From the human T2T-CHM13v2.0 reference genome, Homo sapiens: 64,000 bases of DNA. The notes under the pieces are model-generated. The model was not told the origin of the DNA. It did not search any database and saw only the letters and a program-made list of their open reading frames with translations. The stretch lies in NCBI RefSeq assembly GCF_009914755.1, contig NC_060932.1; one strand, given 5' to 3'. The translations under genes were made by a program, and so were the position numbers. Of the stretch, positions 1-14,444 are shown one piece after another (position 1 is the first letter of the stretch; the number at the start of each line of letters is the position of its first letter).

Positions 1-74
1 TCAATCTCCTGACCTCATGATCCATCAACCTTGGCCTCCCAAAGTGCCGGGATTACAGATGTCAGCCACCACAC
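1..74 (-). mobile_element. Alu, 5' part (cut by window edge)
   Basis: ctcctgacctc..ggcctcccaaagtg..gggattacag..agccacc matches the Alu left monomer, reverse strand. Confidence 0.9.
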
Positions 75-597
75 GATCTCTCTGTCTATAATCTTCACCT
101 TTTCCAATTTACACTCCAATTCAACTTACCCTTTCTAACACTTAATTCTTAAATTCCTCCTCTACAACAAAATTTATAATAGTTGTCAATCTTCTACAAT
201 AGTGATTCTCAAATTTAGAACTGTAATGTCTCTTTATATGTGAAAAAAAATCCATGTGAATTAGTCTCCTTTTGCTGCTATAACAAATTCCTGCAAACTT
301 GGTGGCTAAAATGACACAAATGTATGATCTTACAGTTGCAGCGGTCAGAAGTTTGATATTGAGTGTCACTGGGCTAAAACCAAGGTGTCAGCAGAACTGC
401 ATTCCTGCTGTGGAATCCAGGGAAGAGTCCCTGTCTTGGCTTTCTCTAGCTTCTAGAGGCTGCTGCATTCCTTAGCTCCTGGCTCTCTTTCATCTTCAAA
501 GCCAGCAAAGGCCAGGCGAGTCTTTCTCATGCTGTGTCACGTCTCCTTCTCTGACTCTGACCCTCCTGCCTCCCTCTTTCACTTACGAGGACCCTGT

Positions 598-913
598 TCC
601 GGGCGTGGAGGCTCATGCCTCTAATTTCAACACTTCGGGAGACCGAGGCGGGTGGATCACTTGAGGTCAGGAGTTCAAGACCAGCCTGGCCAATATGACA
701 AAACCCTATCTCTACTAAAAATACAAAGATTAACCAGGCGTGGTGGTACATGCCTGTAATCTCAGCTACTTGGGAAGCTGAGGCATGAGAATTGCTTGAA
801 CCCGGGAGGCAGAGGTTGCAGTGAGCCAAGATCACGCCTCTACGCTCCAGCCTGAGTGACAGAGCAAGACTCTATCTCAAAAATAATAAAAATTAAAAAT
901 TAAAATTAAAATT
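598..913 (+). mobile_element. AluS
   Basis: full dimer with AT-rich tail; aggac flanks. Confidence 0.92.
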
Positions 914-1355
914 AAGGACGCTTGGGATTACATGGGGGCCATCTGGATAATGCAGGAGAATCTCCCTGATATAGGCTGAATAGCTGTCCCCACCCAAATC
1001 TCATGCTGAATTGTAATCCCCAGTGCTGAAGGTAGGGCCAGGTGGGGCCAGGTGGGGCAGGGGAGGGCAGGCAGGGAGGTGTTTGGATCATAGGGGTGGA
1101 TCCCTCATAGCTTGGTACTGTCTCTGTGATAGTGACTTCTTGAGAGACATGGCCATTTAAAAGTGTGTGGCACCTTCTCCCTTCGCTACTCTCTCTGTTG
1201 TTCCTGCTTTCACCATTGAGGCACAAGCTCCCACTTAGCCTTCCGCCATGTGTGAAAGCTCCCTGGGCCTCCCCAGAAACCGCCCAGAGCCAAATGATGT
1301 CAGTGCCATGCTTCCTGTACAGCCTGCAGAACTGTGAGCCAATTAAACCTCTTTT

Positions 1356-1426
1356 GTTTGTTTTCTTTCTTATTTATTTATTTATTTTTGAGGCAAGGTC
1401 TCACACTGTCACCCAGACTGGAGTGC
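1356..1426 (-). mobile_element. heavily 5'-truncated Alu (3' end plus tail)
   Basis: T-rich tail + gaggcaaggtctcacactgtcacccagactggagtgc; TSD taaacctctttt. Confidence 0.8.
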
Positions 1427-1429
1427 TAA

Positions 1430-1759
<330 letters not shown>

Positions 1760-1886
1760 TAAGCCTCTTTTCTTTACATATTACCCAGTCTCCAGTATTT
1801 CTTTACAGCAATGCAAGGACAGCCTAAGGCACTCCCCACCTCACCATCTGTAACAGAATCACACCTGCACAGTCCCTTTGGCCATG

Positions 1887-2277
1887 TGTATTAGTTTGCT
1901 TGGGCTGCCATAACAAAATACCATGAACTGAGTGGCTACACAACAGACATTAATCTTCTCCCAGTTCTGGAGGCTGGAAGTCCAAGATCAAGGTGTTGGC
2001 AGGATTGGATTCTCCTGACACCTCTCTCCTTAGCTTACAGCTGGCCATCTTCTCACGGTGTCCTCACAAGAACTTTTCTCCGTTCATATACACACCCCTG
2101 GTTCTCTCCCTCTTTTTATAAGGACAGAAGTCCTATTGGAATAGGGCCCCACCCTAACACCTTATTTTAATTTAATTGCCTCTAAAGACCTTATCTCCAA
2201 ACGCAGTTACATTCTGAGGTACTAGAATTTGGGACTTCAACATACGAATTTGGGGGGAAGCTGATTGAGCCATAACA
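1887..2277 (-). mobile_element. MLT1A/B-like LTR
   Basis: tgtattagtttgcttgggctgccataacaaaatacca..ggaggctggaagtccaagatcaaggtg..acttcaacatacgaattttgggg. Confidence 0.85.
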
Positions 2278-2751
2278 TGAATTTAGCCCACCTATGAGCT
2301 CCTTAACTTTGATCAAGCTGACTGCTCTATTTATGAGTTTCCTAATATGTAAAATTGGGAAATAAGAGTGCCTACCCCAAGTGCTTATTTTCAAGAGTAA
2401 ACAAGATAAATCATGACTTGGAACAGTGCCAAACATGGAGCATGCACTTGGTAAATGATACCTAATTAAGATATAAAAGTAAGAAAGTTATCTGTTCTCA
2501 CTCCCTATCTTTACCTTTGGTTTAAGCTGCCCCTTGGGCACGTTTTTCCATTGTGTTAGTGCTGAACCTCCAAAAATAAGAGTAAAAACCGATGCTAAAG
2601 AGAAAACGTAAGTTCTCTCTTAGTTTTGGCTTCAGAAAATGAAAAGTAACAAAGAATATGAAGAAATAAGAATGACCTTTGAGATTCAGGACTGCTTAGG
2701 AACATGGTGGTTTCATGAATGTGGTCCTCTATCAAAACTCATCAAACTGCA

Positions 2752-3106
2752 CTGTTGAGATCTGAATGTTTTACGTCTTCCCAAAATTCATGTGTTGAAA
2801 CCCTAGTTCAAAATGTGAGGGAGATGGGGCCTCTGGGAGGTGATTAGGTCAAGAAGGTGGAGCCCACATGAATGGGACTAGCGCCCCATAAGAAGAGATG
2901 TAAGAGAAACCTCTCACCCCTTTCACCATGTGAAGACACAGAGAAGACACAAACTGTGAGCCAGGAAGTGTGCCCTCACCAGACACCAAATTCATCAGCA
3001 CCTTGATCTTGGACTGTCCAAGCTCCAGAACTGTGAAAAATGAATTTTTGTTGTTCATAAGCTACCCTATTGTATTTACTTATAGCAGCCTGAATGGACT
3101 AAGACA
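2752..3106 (+). mobile_element. MLT1A LTR
   Basis: ctgaatgtt..cccaaaattcatgtgttgaaac..ccttgatcttggac..ccagaactgtga..aatggactaagaca. Confidence 0.85.
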
Positions 3107-3261
3107 TGCACTCAAACTAGGTCCAATTCATTAGGGGGAAAGTATTTACCAATAAAAAGTGTTAACAGCTATATATTTGTATCGATAATTTAAATTATTT
3201 AGATGTTTAAGGGCAATTATTTTCAGCTTAGCAAAAATTAATAAAAATAATTCTAGAACTG

Positions 3262-3556
3262 CTGGGAGGGGTGGCTTACACCTGTAATCCCAGCACTTTG
3301 GGAGACCAAGATAGGCAGATCACTTGAGCCCAGGAGTTCAAGACCGGCCTGGGCAACATAGCGAAACCCCATATCTACAAAGAACACAAAAATTATCCAG
3401 GCATGGTAGTGCGCACCTGTGGCCCCAGCTACTTGGGAGGCTGAAGTGGGAATGTCAATTGAGCCCAGGAGGGTGAGGTTGCAGTGAGTCATGATTGTGC
3501 CACTCCAGCCTGGGTGATAGAACGAGACCTTGTCTCAAAATAATAATAATAATAAT
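3262..3556 (+). mobile_element. AluJ
   Basis: gatcacttgagcccaggagttc; (TAA)n tail. Confidence 0.88.
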
Positions 3557-3943
3557 TCTAGCACCCTCAAGTGGGGTGGGAGGGAAGAATGCTACTCTGT
3601 GCGTACCCATTAGGACTCTTTCAGTTGCAGGTGACTGAAACCCCAATCCCAGCTGCCTTGAGCCATAGGGATTTTATTGGCTCAAGTAAATAAAGCAGTG
3701 GCTGTAGGTGCAGCTGGTTATGGACCCAGCTGATGTAATCAGGATCTGGTTTCTCTCTCCCCATCTTGGCTTCTTCAGTAATACCTGACAGTTGCCAATT
3801 CAGCAACAGCCAATTTCACTGCAGTTGCCTCAGGGAGCCAGGAAGCACACAGATGAGCTTTCCTTATGGTGCTAATTTGAACACAAATTAGAAACAAGTA
3901 AATTAAAATCAAATCATTAAAAGAAATAAAGAAATCTGGAAAA

Positions 3944-4632
<689 letters not shown>

Positions 4633-4690
4633 TTTGGCCCATGTGTCTTCATTGTCCAATTCACCTCCACACAGCAAGATGGATGCTAAA

Positions 4691-4829
4691 GGCCAGGAAT
4701 GGTGGCTCACGCCTGTAATACCCACACTTTGGGAGGTGGAGTGGGGGAGAATTTCTTGAGCCCAGGAATTCAAGACCAGCCTGGGAAACACAGTGAGACC
4801 TCACCTGTACCATGAAAAAAAAAAAAAAG
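4691..4829 (+). mobile_element. Alu monomer (FLAM-like)
   Basis: single left arm + A tail; gatgg(a/c)tgc-like flanks. Confidence 0.8.
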
Positions 4830-6596
4830 ATGGCTGCCAAGACCCTGGGCTACATCCTCCCTGGTTCACAACCCAACACTAGCTGGGATCCTGAGTGTCA
4901 CTCTGATTGCAGAACAAAGATAATGTATGTCATGAAACAGTACTTGACATTTATATGAAAATTCTTTTTGTATTTGGTTTGTACTTGCACCTGGGTGACC
5001 TCCCCTACTCTCTAAGGCAGAGTCAAGTGTCCACATTTTGACTTCCAAAAGAGACTCTTGAAATCTGTAAACCATAGTTGTAAAAATTGAAGCTTTTTTT
5101 CTGCATGAGCCAGGCATTGTAGGAGGAAAGAGGAAGGCTTTTTTCCCTCAAAAGGCAAAGCCTGAAAGGAGCAGGGCATAACATTCATTCACTAAATTAG
5201 ACGGAAAATAGAAGTTCACAAAGAGTTAGGCCTCCTTGCTCTGCAGAAGATGAAGGTTTTCCCGGCTGGAAGGGCAAGAAGACAGAGGAGGAAGAGGAGA
5301 GAGGAGACTGGAGGCTTCTAACCTAGAGCACCACTTGAAGAAGTGTGGAGCCAATGTCAAGGACAGCCAAATGCAGGCAGGTGACACCCTCAGTCTACAG
5401 TGCTGAGGCTCAGGGGAGCTGTCGCAGAGGCCAGAGCCAGTCTAGGCAGGGCAGTGTGCCACCCACCTGTGCTGAGCAGCAAGGCATTGCTAAACTTCTT
5501 ATGCCAGGCTGGGAAGCATCCAGCCAACAACAGACCACCCAGGACCTATCAAGAGTGTGAGGGACTCAAACTTTACTTTCAGTACACTGCCCGTGTCAGG
5601 ACAATTCTAATTCCTTCCCCCCTCCCCCACCCAAATACAGGGTGATTCCTTGAATACTCAGAGAAGGTAGAGATGTTGGGGAAAGGAAATTTCTAGGACC
5701 TGTACTTGTATGCCTGTATGGGACTAAGTAGAGCTAGCTACATATTTCTGCCCCATCACCCTCCTACAGCAAGCTGACAACCAACCTCCTTTATATATGT
5801 ACACTTCTGGCCCAGGAACTAGGGCAATACCCCAACTGACTTAGGCTTGGTCCTGTGCTCCACCACCACTTCCTCTGAGTGCGAAGCAGATCCCCCAAGT
5901 GCATAGAACAAAGATGAGAGAAGCATCAAATGCAAAAAAGGCAGGTACCAAAATGAGGCTAGGCTGATTTGCTACTTTTGCAGCAGTGCATGTTTGGGCA
6001 GCCAAAACAACCGTTTTTCACTAGACCTGATCATATCTTGTTGTCATACTTTAGATTTTCCCAGAAAAGACAACGGTTTTTTTCCCTCTCAAACTCACAT
6101 ATTCTCTTGACCCAGAGGCTCTTGACCTTCCTGGATTCTTTGATGAACAGTTATAGTTAATGCATAATAACTGCAGACCACAAGTAAGAGACATCAGTAA
6201 TTGGATGACAAGGCCAGAGAAGGTCAGTGTCATAGGAGTAAATAGGAATTCAAACAAAAAAAAAGGAATGAGCAATTTATGTAAATATTTCCAGTGTGTC
6301 GACCCCATTAAATTACATTTTGCAAATGTGGTTAGGGAGAACAGTGTGTCTCCCACAGATCTTTAAAATCCCAAGGATGCCTCCCAGAATCTCATCAAGA
6401 AGACACCAATAAGATATATTATGAGTAGTGATCAGGAGAGAGCATGAGGGGAGCCCCTGGGGTGCTGGGTGAGGTTCTGTTTCTTGATCTGGATGTCAAT
6501 TATCAGAGGTATTGAGTTTATGAAAATCATCGAGCTGTATTCTTATGATCTGTATTCTTTTCAGTATGTGTTTATACTTCAATTAAAAAAAACTTA

Positions 6597-6958
<362 letters not shown>

Positions 6959-8304
6959 TTATGATTTGATGTCTAAGAATTTTGAAGAAGTCCCCCAATA
7001 ATAGAAGTCATTTGTCATTGCTAGGGAATATGGACACACAATAATTTCGTGGTAGGACCATTTTGGGTTTATCTAGGTCTTTGTATGGGAAAAACAAACT
7101 GACAGATTGAGTGGTCTGGTTAAAGAGTGGGCTCTTCTGTTACAAGCAAAGAGGATTCTCACAGGTCCTTCAAGAGCCTGGTGCTCAACCAGCTTCTTCT
7201 GATTGGGTGCCATGCTCCCCTGCTGGCCTTGGGGTCCTGTTTCTCAGGCACTTTGACACCAGCGAGGGGTTTCACCCAGGGCTGGGTGTAAGGTCTCTGA
7301 CCTCTGGCAGCACAAGTGCACTGTTCCTCACCTGAAACCACTGGGACCAAGTGTACTTTAAAATGCATTTATTTTTGAATTCTAGAAAGAAAACAGTGCC
7401 TATATTTAATATCTGTTGTGTAGAAATAATATACATATCAATTTTGTGTGCACATATATACATATATATAGTGTATTAATTATGTACCAACTCCAGCAGA
7501 GTCTAGGGCAACACCATGAAATGAAACACATATTTCTGGAGTGCAGTTCATAAATATTCACATGAAGGAAGATGAAAAGGAAACTTTAAATATCTCATAT
7601 CACTTTAGGAAAGTTTTGCTCCATAATAAGTATAAAAACTGTTTTTTAAAGATGGGGCGATTACAATTTGTAAAAAAATATTCTAGACCCATATATACTT
7701 ACCATTTTAAAGCGGTAAATTAATAGCCTGGGTTTATATTTTTTGCATAACTGTTATTAGTGTGAATTCATGTCCTAGAGTCAAATACTCATCTACTCTC
7801 GCCCCAGGTAAATTGATAAAATAAAATAGCTGGAGTTGGTAAAGCCAAGTAAACTGCTGGGCAGTTTGCCCCTCTCTTGCCCCATTCTGGGCAGGACAGA
7901 AAACATAGGCCTGCCAGTAGTCTCTCTCCAGCTTCCCACTAGCCATCATTAATTTTTGGATATCGTGCCCTGTCTATGACTTTCTCTTTCACCCCTTTCT
8001 GGAAAATCTTCTAAGAGACCTCAATGGTCAAGTAAATCATTGCTGAAGAAAAAGTCATTCGATTTAATACATTTAACAAATATTTGAATCTATACATTAG
8101 TACTGTGCCATTTTACCCTATATAATTTTGATCATCAAGTTGTGATAAGGTACCCTAACAGAGAGTCAATCTCAATTTTTCTAAAACTTGGTGGCTAGCA
8201 TCAGGATTTGGCTGCAAGTCTAAAACTGGGAGTTTTCTGCCCTTTTGTTTGGGGAGAGTTAGGAACCTCATTTGGAGGGTTTTTTGAGAAAGAAAAAACA
8301 AAGG

Positions 8305-9008
8305 GGATGCGGAGGGAAGGGGCAGGGGAGGGGCGGGGAGGGGCAAGGGAAGGGAAGGGGAGAGGAAGGGAAGGGGAGAGGAAGGGGAGGGGAGAGGAAG
8401 GGGAGGGGGGAAGGGGAGGGGGGAAGGGGAAAGGAAAGGGGAAGGAGAAGGGGAATGGAGAGGGGAAAGGAGAGGGGAAGGGAGAGGAGAAGGGAGAGGG
8501 GAAGGGAGAGGGGAAGGGAGAGAGGAAGGGAGAGGGGAAGGGAGAGGGGGAGGGGGTAGGGGAAGCAGAGGGGGAGGGGAAGGGGGAGGGGAAAGGGAGG
8601 GGGAGGGGAAGGGAGGGGAAGCAGAGGGGGAGGGGAAGGGGGAGGGGGAGGGGGAGGGGGAGGGGAGGGAGCAGGGGAGGGGAGGGAGATGGGAAGGGGG
8701 AGGGAGGGGGGAGGAGGAGGGGGAGGGGAGGGAGATGGGGAGGGGAAGGGGGAGGGAGAGGGGGAGGAGGAGCGGGAGGGGAGGGAGATGGGGAGGGGAA
8801 GGGGGAGGGAGAGGGGGAGGAGGAGGGGAGGGAAGGGGGAGGGGCAGGGGAGGGGCAGGGGGAGGAGAAGGGGAGGGGCAGGGGAGGAGAAGGGAGGGAC
8901 AGGGGGAGAGGAAGGGGAAAGGGGAGGGGAAAGGGGAGGGGAAGGGGAAGGGGAAAGGGAAGGGGAAAGGGAAGGGGAAAGGGAAGGGGAAAGGGAAAGG
9001 AAAGGGAG
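8305..9008. repeat. GA-rich polypurine low-complexity / minisatellite tract
   Basis: ~700 bp almost exclusively G/A; GGGGAA/GGGAGA units; recurring gggagatggg at ~8684, 8730, 8783. Confidence 0.95.
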
Positions 9009-9193
9009 AAAATCCCAGTTCCTGCTCAAGAATGGAGACTTTGGGAAAATGTAGAGTTCAACTGCTCTGTTTTCATTGTGCATCTCTGCAGGGCAGGGCA
9101 AGGAAGGGAGAGAATCCCAGTTCCTGCTAAAGAATGGAGACTTTGGGAAAACACGGAGCTCAACTGCTCTGTTTTCATTGTGCAACTCTGCAG
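9004..9193. repeat. 102-bp tandem duplication (2 copies)
   Basis: gggaga(a/g)aatcccagttcctgct..ctgctctgttttcattgtgca(t/a)ctctgcag at 9004-9091 and 9106-9193. Confidence 0.95.
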
Positions 9194-10189
9194 ATTATCA
9201 GGCTGTCTGGAAGGCAGCCATGAAACGGGAAGAGGTTGTCTCCCTCTCTTTAGGCTGCAGAAGGAAAAAGAACCTGAAGAGAAGGACGTGCTCAAGGCAA
9301 TCCTATTGTGGAGGACGGGCTTGCTACAGCAACACGGCACCCAACCAGGAGCTAAAATAGAGAGGTGGCCAGCAGAGGGATGGCCTAAGAACTGTCAGCA
9401 AAGGCGTCCATTTTTAGGTTGTTTTATGGTTTGGTTTGGTTTTAGTCTTTCTGGGGTAGTAATTCCCTTTAGCTATCTATTTGCCATGCTTTGTTAAACA
9501 TTTTGGAGGAGAGTGCTGGATTGCAAATAAAATAAATACAGCCAAAAAAGAAAATGCTGAGACCACGTATGAGAAGAAAGAGGTCAGATAGCTGCAGTGC
9601 AACCCATCCCATTTATTGACTGGAAAAGGCAGCCAAAAATCTGTAGAGAATATTAAAAGAAAGGATAGACTTCTGTTAAAAAAAAAAAAAAAAATCAGTG
9701 GATAATGACTTGGCACTTGCAACAATGCAGGTGACAGCCCGTCAGTGGAAAGGGTAGTGGAGTCACAGAACAAGGGGCACAGCTTCTGCCTAGGACATAC
9801 AGGACGGGACAGTGGGAGACCCACAGAACAACCAGACTGTACCACGCCAAGATCGATTTCAAACCTTGCCTTCACCTAGAAGCTCTGTGACTTGGAATTA
9901 TCCTTGAAAACTCTGTTTCCTCATCTAATAAATAAATTTACTTATTCCTGCTTCATTGGACATGTATAAAACCAAAGATTGCTTATATAAAGTTTTTAGC
10001 AGATATTCAATAAATGCTAATTATCATTATTGTTTACACACTAATTAAGGTTTATTAGAGATTGAAAGTTGATAAATCCTTTAGCGTTTATTATGTATAA
10101 AGCTGTTCATAAGTAATGCCGTTCTCATTACAGAATGGACTCATTATTTGCAAATCACTGTGTTGTAATGATGAAGCCTCAGAAAAAAG

Positions 10190-11190
10190 AACATTTCAAA
10201 ACCTATCAGAGTCCTAAAAAATGTAAAGATCTGGTGTGCCAAGTGTTGGTGCCTGTGTAACTACATATCAACTCCCAAACACTGGTTTTGGCAATGAAAC
10301 GAGGAACAATTCAGCAACATGACCCAGTATTTCTAACCCCAGACATATATCTTCTAGGAACTCTCATCCAGGCAACAAGGAGACATGTCTGAGAATCCTC
10401 ACTGCAGCATTTCTAATCAAAAATAAAACAGGCTGGGCATGGTGGCTCACATCTGTAATCCTAGCACTTTGGGAGGCCGAGGCCGGCCGATTGTCCGAAC
10501 CCAGGAGTTTGAGACCAGCCTGGGCAACATGGTGAGACTCTGTCTCTACAAAAAACCCAAAAATTAGCCAGGTGTGGTAGCACACACCTGTAGTCCCAGC
10601 TACTCAGGAGGCTGAGGCAAGAGGATAGCGTGAGTTTGGGAGGTCAAGTCTGCAGTGAGCCATAATCGCGCCACTGCACTGCAGCCTGGATGACAGAGCA
10701 AGACCCTCTCTCTAAAATAAATAAATAATAAAACAAACATCTAAGATAACCTAATGTCCATGAAAGGAAGAATGAATAAGTAAATTCAGTTGGAGACAAA
10801 CAGAATATGCTTTAGAAGTTGAAATAAATAAACCACAAGAAAAGCATGTTGCAAGAGGATAGGTACAGCAAAATACTATTCCTAAAAAATCTTACAAACA
10901 TTTAAAGCAATAATGCATTGTTTAGAAAAATGTAATATTTAGTTAAAGTAGGAAAGCATATGTGACCATTATAAATATTGAGGTCAGGAGGGGCATGTGA
11001 CTGTTGAGGGCCACAGAGGAAGCTTTAAGTGTATCTGTGAAATATTTTTCTATTAAAAGAAAAGCAATCTGGTAAACATAGCAAAAAATAAATTAAGGGA
11101 AAAAAGATGGGGCTTGGTATCAAGTATATTGTTATTCATTATATTATTCTCTTTAATTTTCTGAATATTGAAAATAGTTCACACTTAACA
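10190..11190 (+). mobile_element. old L1M (L1ME-like) 3' fragments, interrupted by AluJ
   Basis: ccaagtgttggt..gacccagtatttctaacc..cactgcagcatt..aatgtcca; diverged. Confidence 0.55.
10431..10735 (+). mobile_element. AluJ
   Basis: dimer; aataaaaca flanks. Confidence 0.88.
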
Positions 11191-11893
11191 ATCAGGATTT
11201 CAAGGTACCTATAGAACAATGGGGACAAGTGAAATCTAAATTCCTTCATACCCTATTCAAAAACCATGCAGATGAATTAGTATGAAAGAGATAAAACCAC
11301 CTACCACCAAAGTCTGCAGCAAAACTAGGAGACAAAGAACATTGAAAATCTCATGTATGCAGGAAAATTAATATCCAACACCAGTAAGACAGCTGTAGAG
11401 CTCATGTCAGAATGAAGAGACAGGTTGGGAGTGCGTGCAAAGAGGGGAAGGCAGTTGATATGATAGTCCATCTGGGAAAGCCAAGAAAATCAGTGGCAAA
11501 GCTAGTGTGAACAAGAGAACTCAATAAGACAGCAGGCTATGGACTAAACACTGTAAAATCAGTAGCTTTCATATGTACAATTAATGACCAGTTAGAAGGT
11601 GTGAAGGAAAAGAAAACATCATTTTTGGTACCAATAAAATAAAAATACATTTCTTAGGAATAAACTGAACAAAAACATTTGCAAAAGCTGTACAAGGGAA
11701 ACTTTCAAAGCCCGCCTGAAAGACATAAAAGTTGACTCAGACAAAGAAAAGGGCATTCCTTGTTCTCTGATAGGATAGCAACATCTGAAAGATGTCAGCT
11801 CTTCACTAGTTAATATGTAAGTTTAAAGTGATCCCAATAAAAATAATAATTTCTTTTTCTAGAGATGGACAAGTTTTATTTAGAGTCTGTAGG

Positions 11894-11896
<3 letters not shown>

Positions 11897-11951
<55 letters not shown>
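11897..11951. repeat. compound (CA)n(GA)n microsatellite
   Basis: directly visible. Confidence 0.97.
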
Positions 11952-11955
<4 letters not shown>

Positions 11956-12466
11956 AAACCAGGAACCAGTTGAAAAAGAAGAGGAAAGAGGAGAATTGGC
12001 CCTACAAGATAGTGGAACACAGTGTAAAACTTCTGTAATTGAAACTGCAATGGCACGGAAAACAACAATCCAACAGAATAGAATAGAAATGCAGGAATAG
12101 TCCCAACTACATGTAAACATTTAGTATGATGCTGATAGCATTTCAAATCACTGAAAAGACAGACTTTTTACTAAATGATGTTGGAACAACAGGAGAGCCA
12201 TTTTAATAAAAGGCTAAATGAGACTATAATTCATGTCATTAAAAAGTACAGTGAAAGAAAAAGGTGCAAGAACCATGAAAAATATGATTACGTTCCTGGG
12301 TGTAGGATATAAGGAAAGCTGTTGTATCTATGACTCAAAATCTGGAAGCAATTAAGAGAAAATTAATAAATTTGACCATGTAATAACAAAGTCCAATTTT
12401 TAACATGGCAGAATCCCATAACAACAACAACAAAGAATGGCAAGCTAGGATAAAATATTTGCAACT

Positions 12467-12765
<299 letters not shown>

Positions 12766-13452
12766 TATTTGCAATCTATATAAAGAGATCTTTAAAAAAT
12801 AAAAGGAATAATAAAAAAACTTGAGAGAAAGATGAATAGAAGACAAGAACCAACATATCACAGAAAAAGACTCACAAATGGTCCTCGGGCATGTGAATAG
12901 AGGCTCAACTTCATTTGTACTAATAATGAAAATTAAAACCTCACAAAGCTACAATTTCACATATGTCAGACTGATAAAATTTTAAAAGCTTGATGACACA
13001 CTTTGTTGGTGAGAAAATAGGGAAATGGGCACTCTCAAGCCTTGCTGGTAAAACTGCACAATGTTATACACATAATACAGAAGGGAATTTGGGAATAGAT
13101 AAAAAACTACCTATGCACTTACCGTTTGACTCAGCAATCCAGCTTTTAGAAATTCACCCTGAAAATACACCCCCAGAAATTCTAAACAACTTATACACTA
13201 CTCATCTTACAGTATTTGTAATTTACTAGGTTTCTAATTTATAATTAGAAACCACCAAATTCCCAAACAGGAGACAGGTTTACTAAACCATGGTACAATC
13301 ATACAACAGAGAAATCTGTATAAAAACAAAAGAATGACTCCCTTTGAACTGATATGGAGTCACTCAGAGTAGCAATCAAAATCTCTAAAATAACAAATAA
13401 AAGCCCCCCTCCCCATTGCCCCCACCACATCCCTGACCTTATCTCTGATTGA

Positions 13453-13760
13453 TTTTTTTTTTTTTTTTTTTGAGACAGAGTTTCATTCTTGTCGCCCAGG
13501 CTGGAGTGCAATAGCGCGATCTAGGCTCACTGCAACCTCCGCCTCGCGGATTGCAGATCAAGCGATTCTCCTGCCTTAGCCTCCCAAGTAACTGGGATTA
13601 CAGGCACCTGCCACCATGCCTGGCTAATGGTTGTATTTTTAGTAGATATGGGGTTTCGCCACGTTGGCCAGGTTAATCTCAAACTCCTGAGCTCAGGTGA
13701 TCCACCCATCTTGGCCTCCAGAAGTGCTGGGATTACAAGCATGATCCACAGCGCCCAGCC
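13453..13760 (-). mobile_element. AluS
   Basis: poly(T) + reverse dimer. Confidence 0.92.
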
Positions 13761-14034
13761 CCCTCTTACTGATTTCTCTCTGGATTAGTCCATGACAGCT
13801 ACTGGTTGTAGTGTCAGTCAATGCTGGGTGCGCTCCTGTCTTCCCTCGCTTGCACTTGATCAAGAGGTCCACGTGGCTTCTCCTTTATGTCTTGTAGAAC
13901 TTACTAAACCATAATCTTCTCAGTGAGACATTCACTGGCTATCTTATCCAAAATTGCAAGCTCTCCTGCCACTCTCCTTCCTTTACCTACTAGATTTTTC
14001 TTCCTTTGCACTTACTAATACACTCTCTATGAAA

Positions 14035-14378
14035 GAAGCTGAGTTTTGCCTCCTGTCAGACCAGTGGCAGCATTAGATTCTCATAGGAGCTCAAACCCTA
14101 CTGTGAACTGCAAATGCAAGGGCTCTAGGTTGTGCATTCTTTATGAGAATCTAATGCCTGATGATCTGTCACTGTCTCCCATCACCCCCAGATGGGACTG
14201 TCTAGTTGCAGGAAAACAAGCTCAGGGCTCCCACAGGTTCTACATTATGATGAGTATGTAATAATAATTGAAACAAAGTGCTTGAATCATCCTGAGACCA
14301 TCGTCCCCCTACACTGTCCATAGAAAAGCTGTCTTCCACAAAACTAGTCATTGGTGCCAAAAAGGTTGGGGACTGCTG
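14035..14378 (+). mobile_element. MER1A (hAT-Charlie), lacking its left end
   Basis: gcctcctgtcaga..cattagattctcatagg..gcaggaaaacaagctcagggctccc..ggtgccaaaaaggttggggactgctg (right TIR). Confidence 0.88.
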
Positions 14379-14444
14379 GTCTAGGTAGTAGCCATTCTTT
14401 TGTTTCTTTACTTTGCTAATAAACTTGCTTTCACTTAAAAAAAA
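14379..14444 (+). mobile_element. MER41-like LTR R-region fragment ending in poly(A)
   Basis: gtagccattcttttgtttctttactt..aataaacttgctttcactt followed by A8. Confidence 0.7.

Noticed and set aside
527-835. Many 60-130-aa ORFs with [19 protein letters not shown] motifs throughout the window
   Set aside because: Standard antisense Alu translations.
8208-9497. 429-aa Gly/Glu-rich ORF resembling RPGR ORF15, plus overlapping ORFs
   Set aside because: Open only because the purine tract lacks T; non-ATG start, several frames and both strands open, no RPGR-specific sequence.
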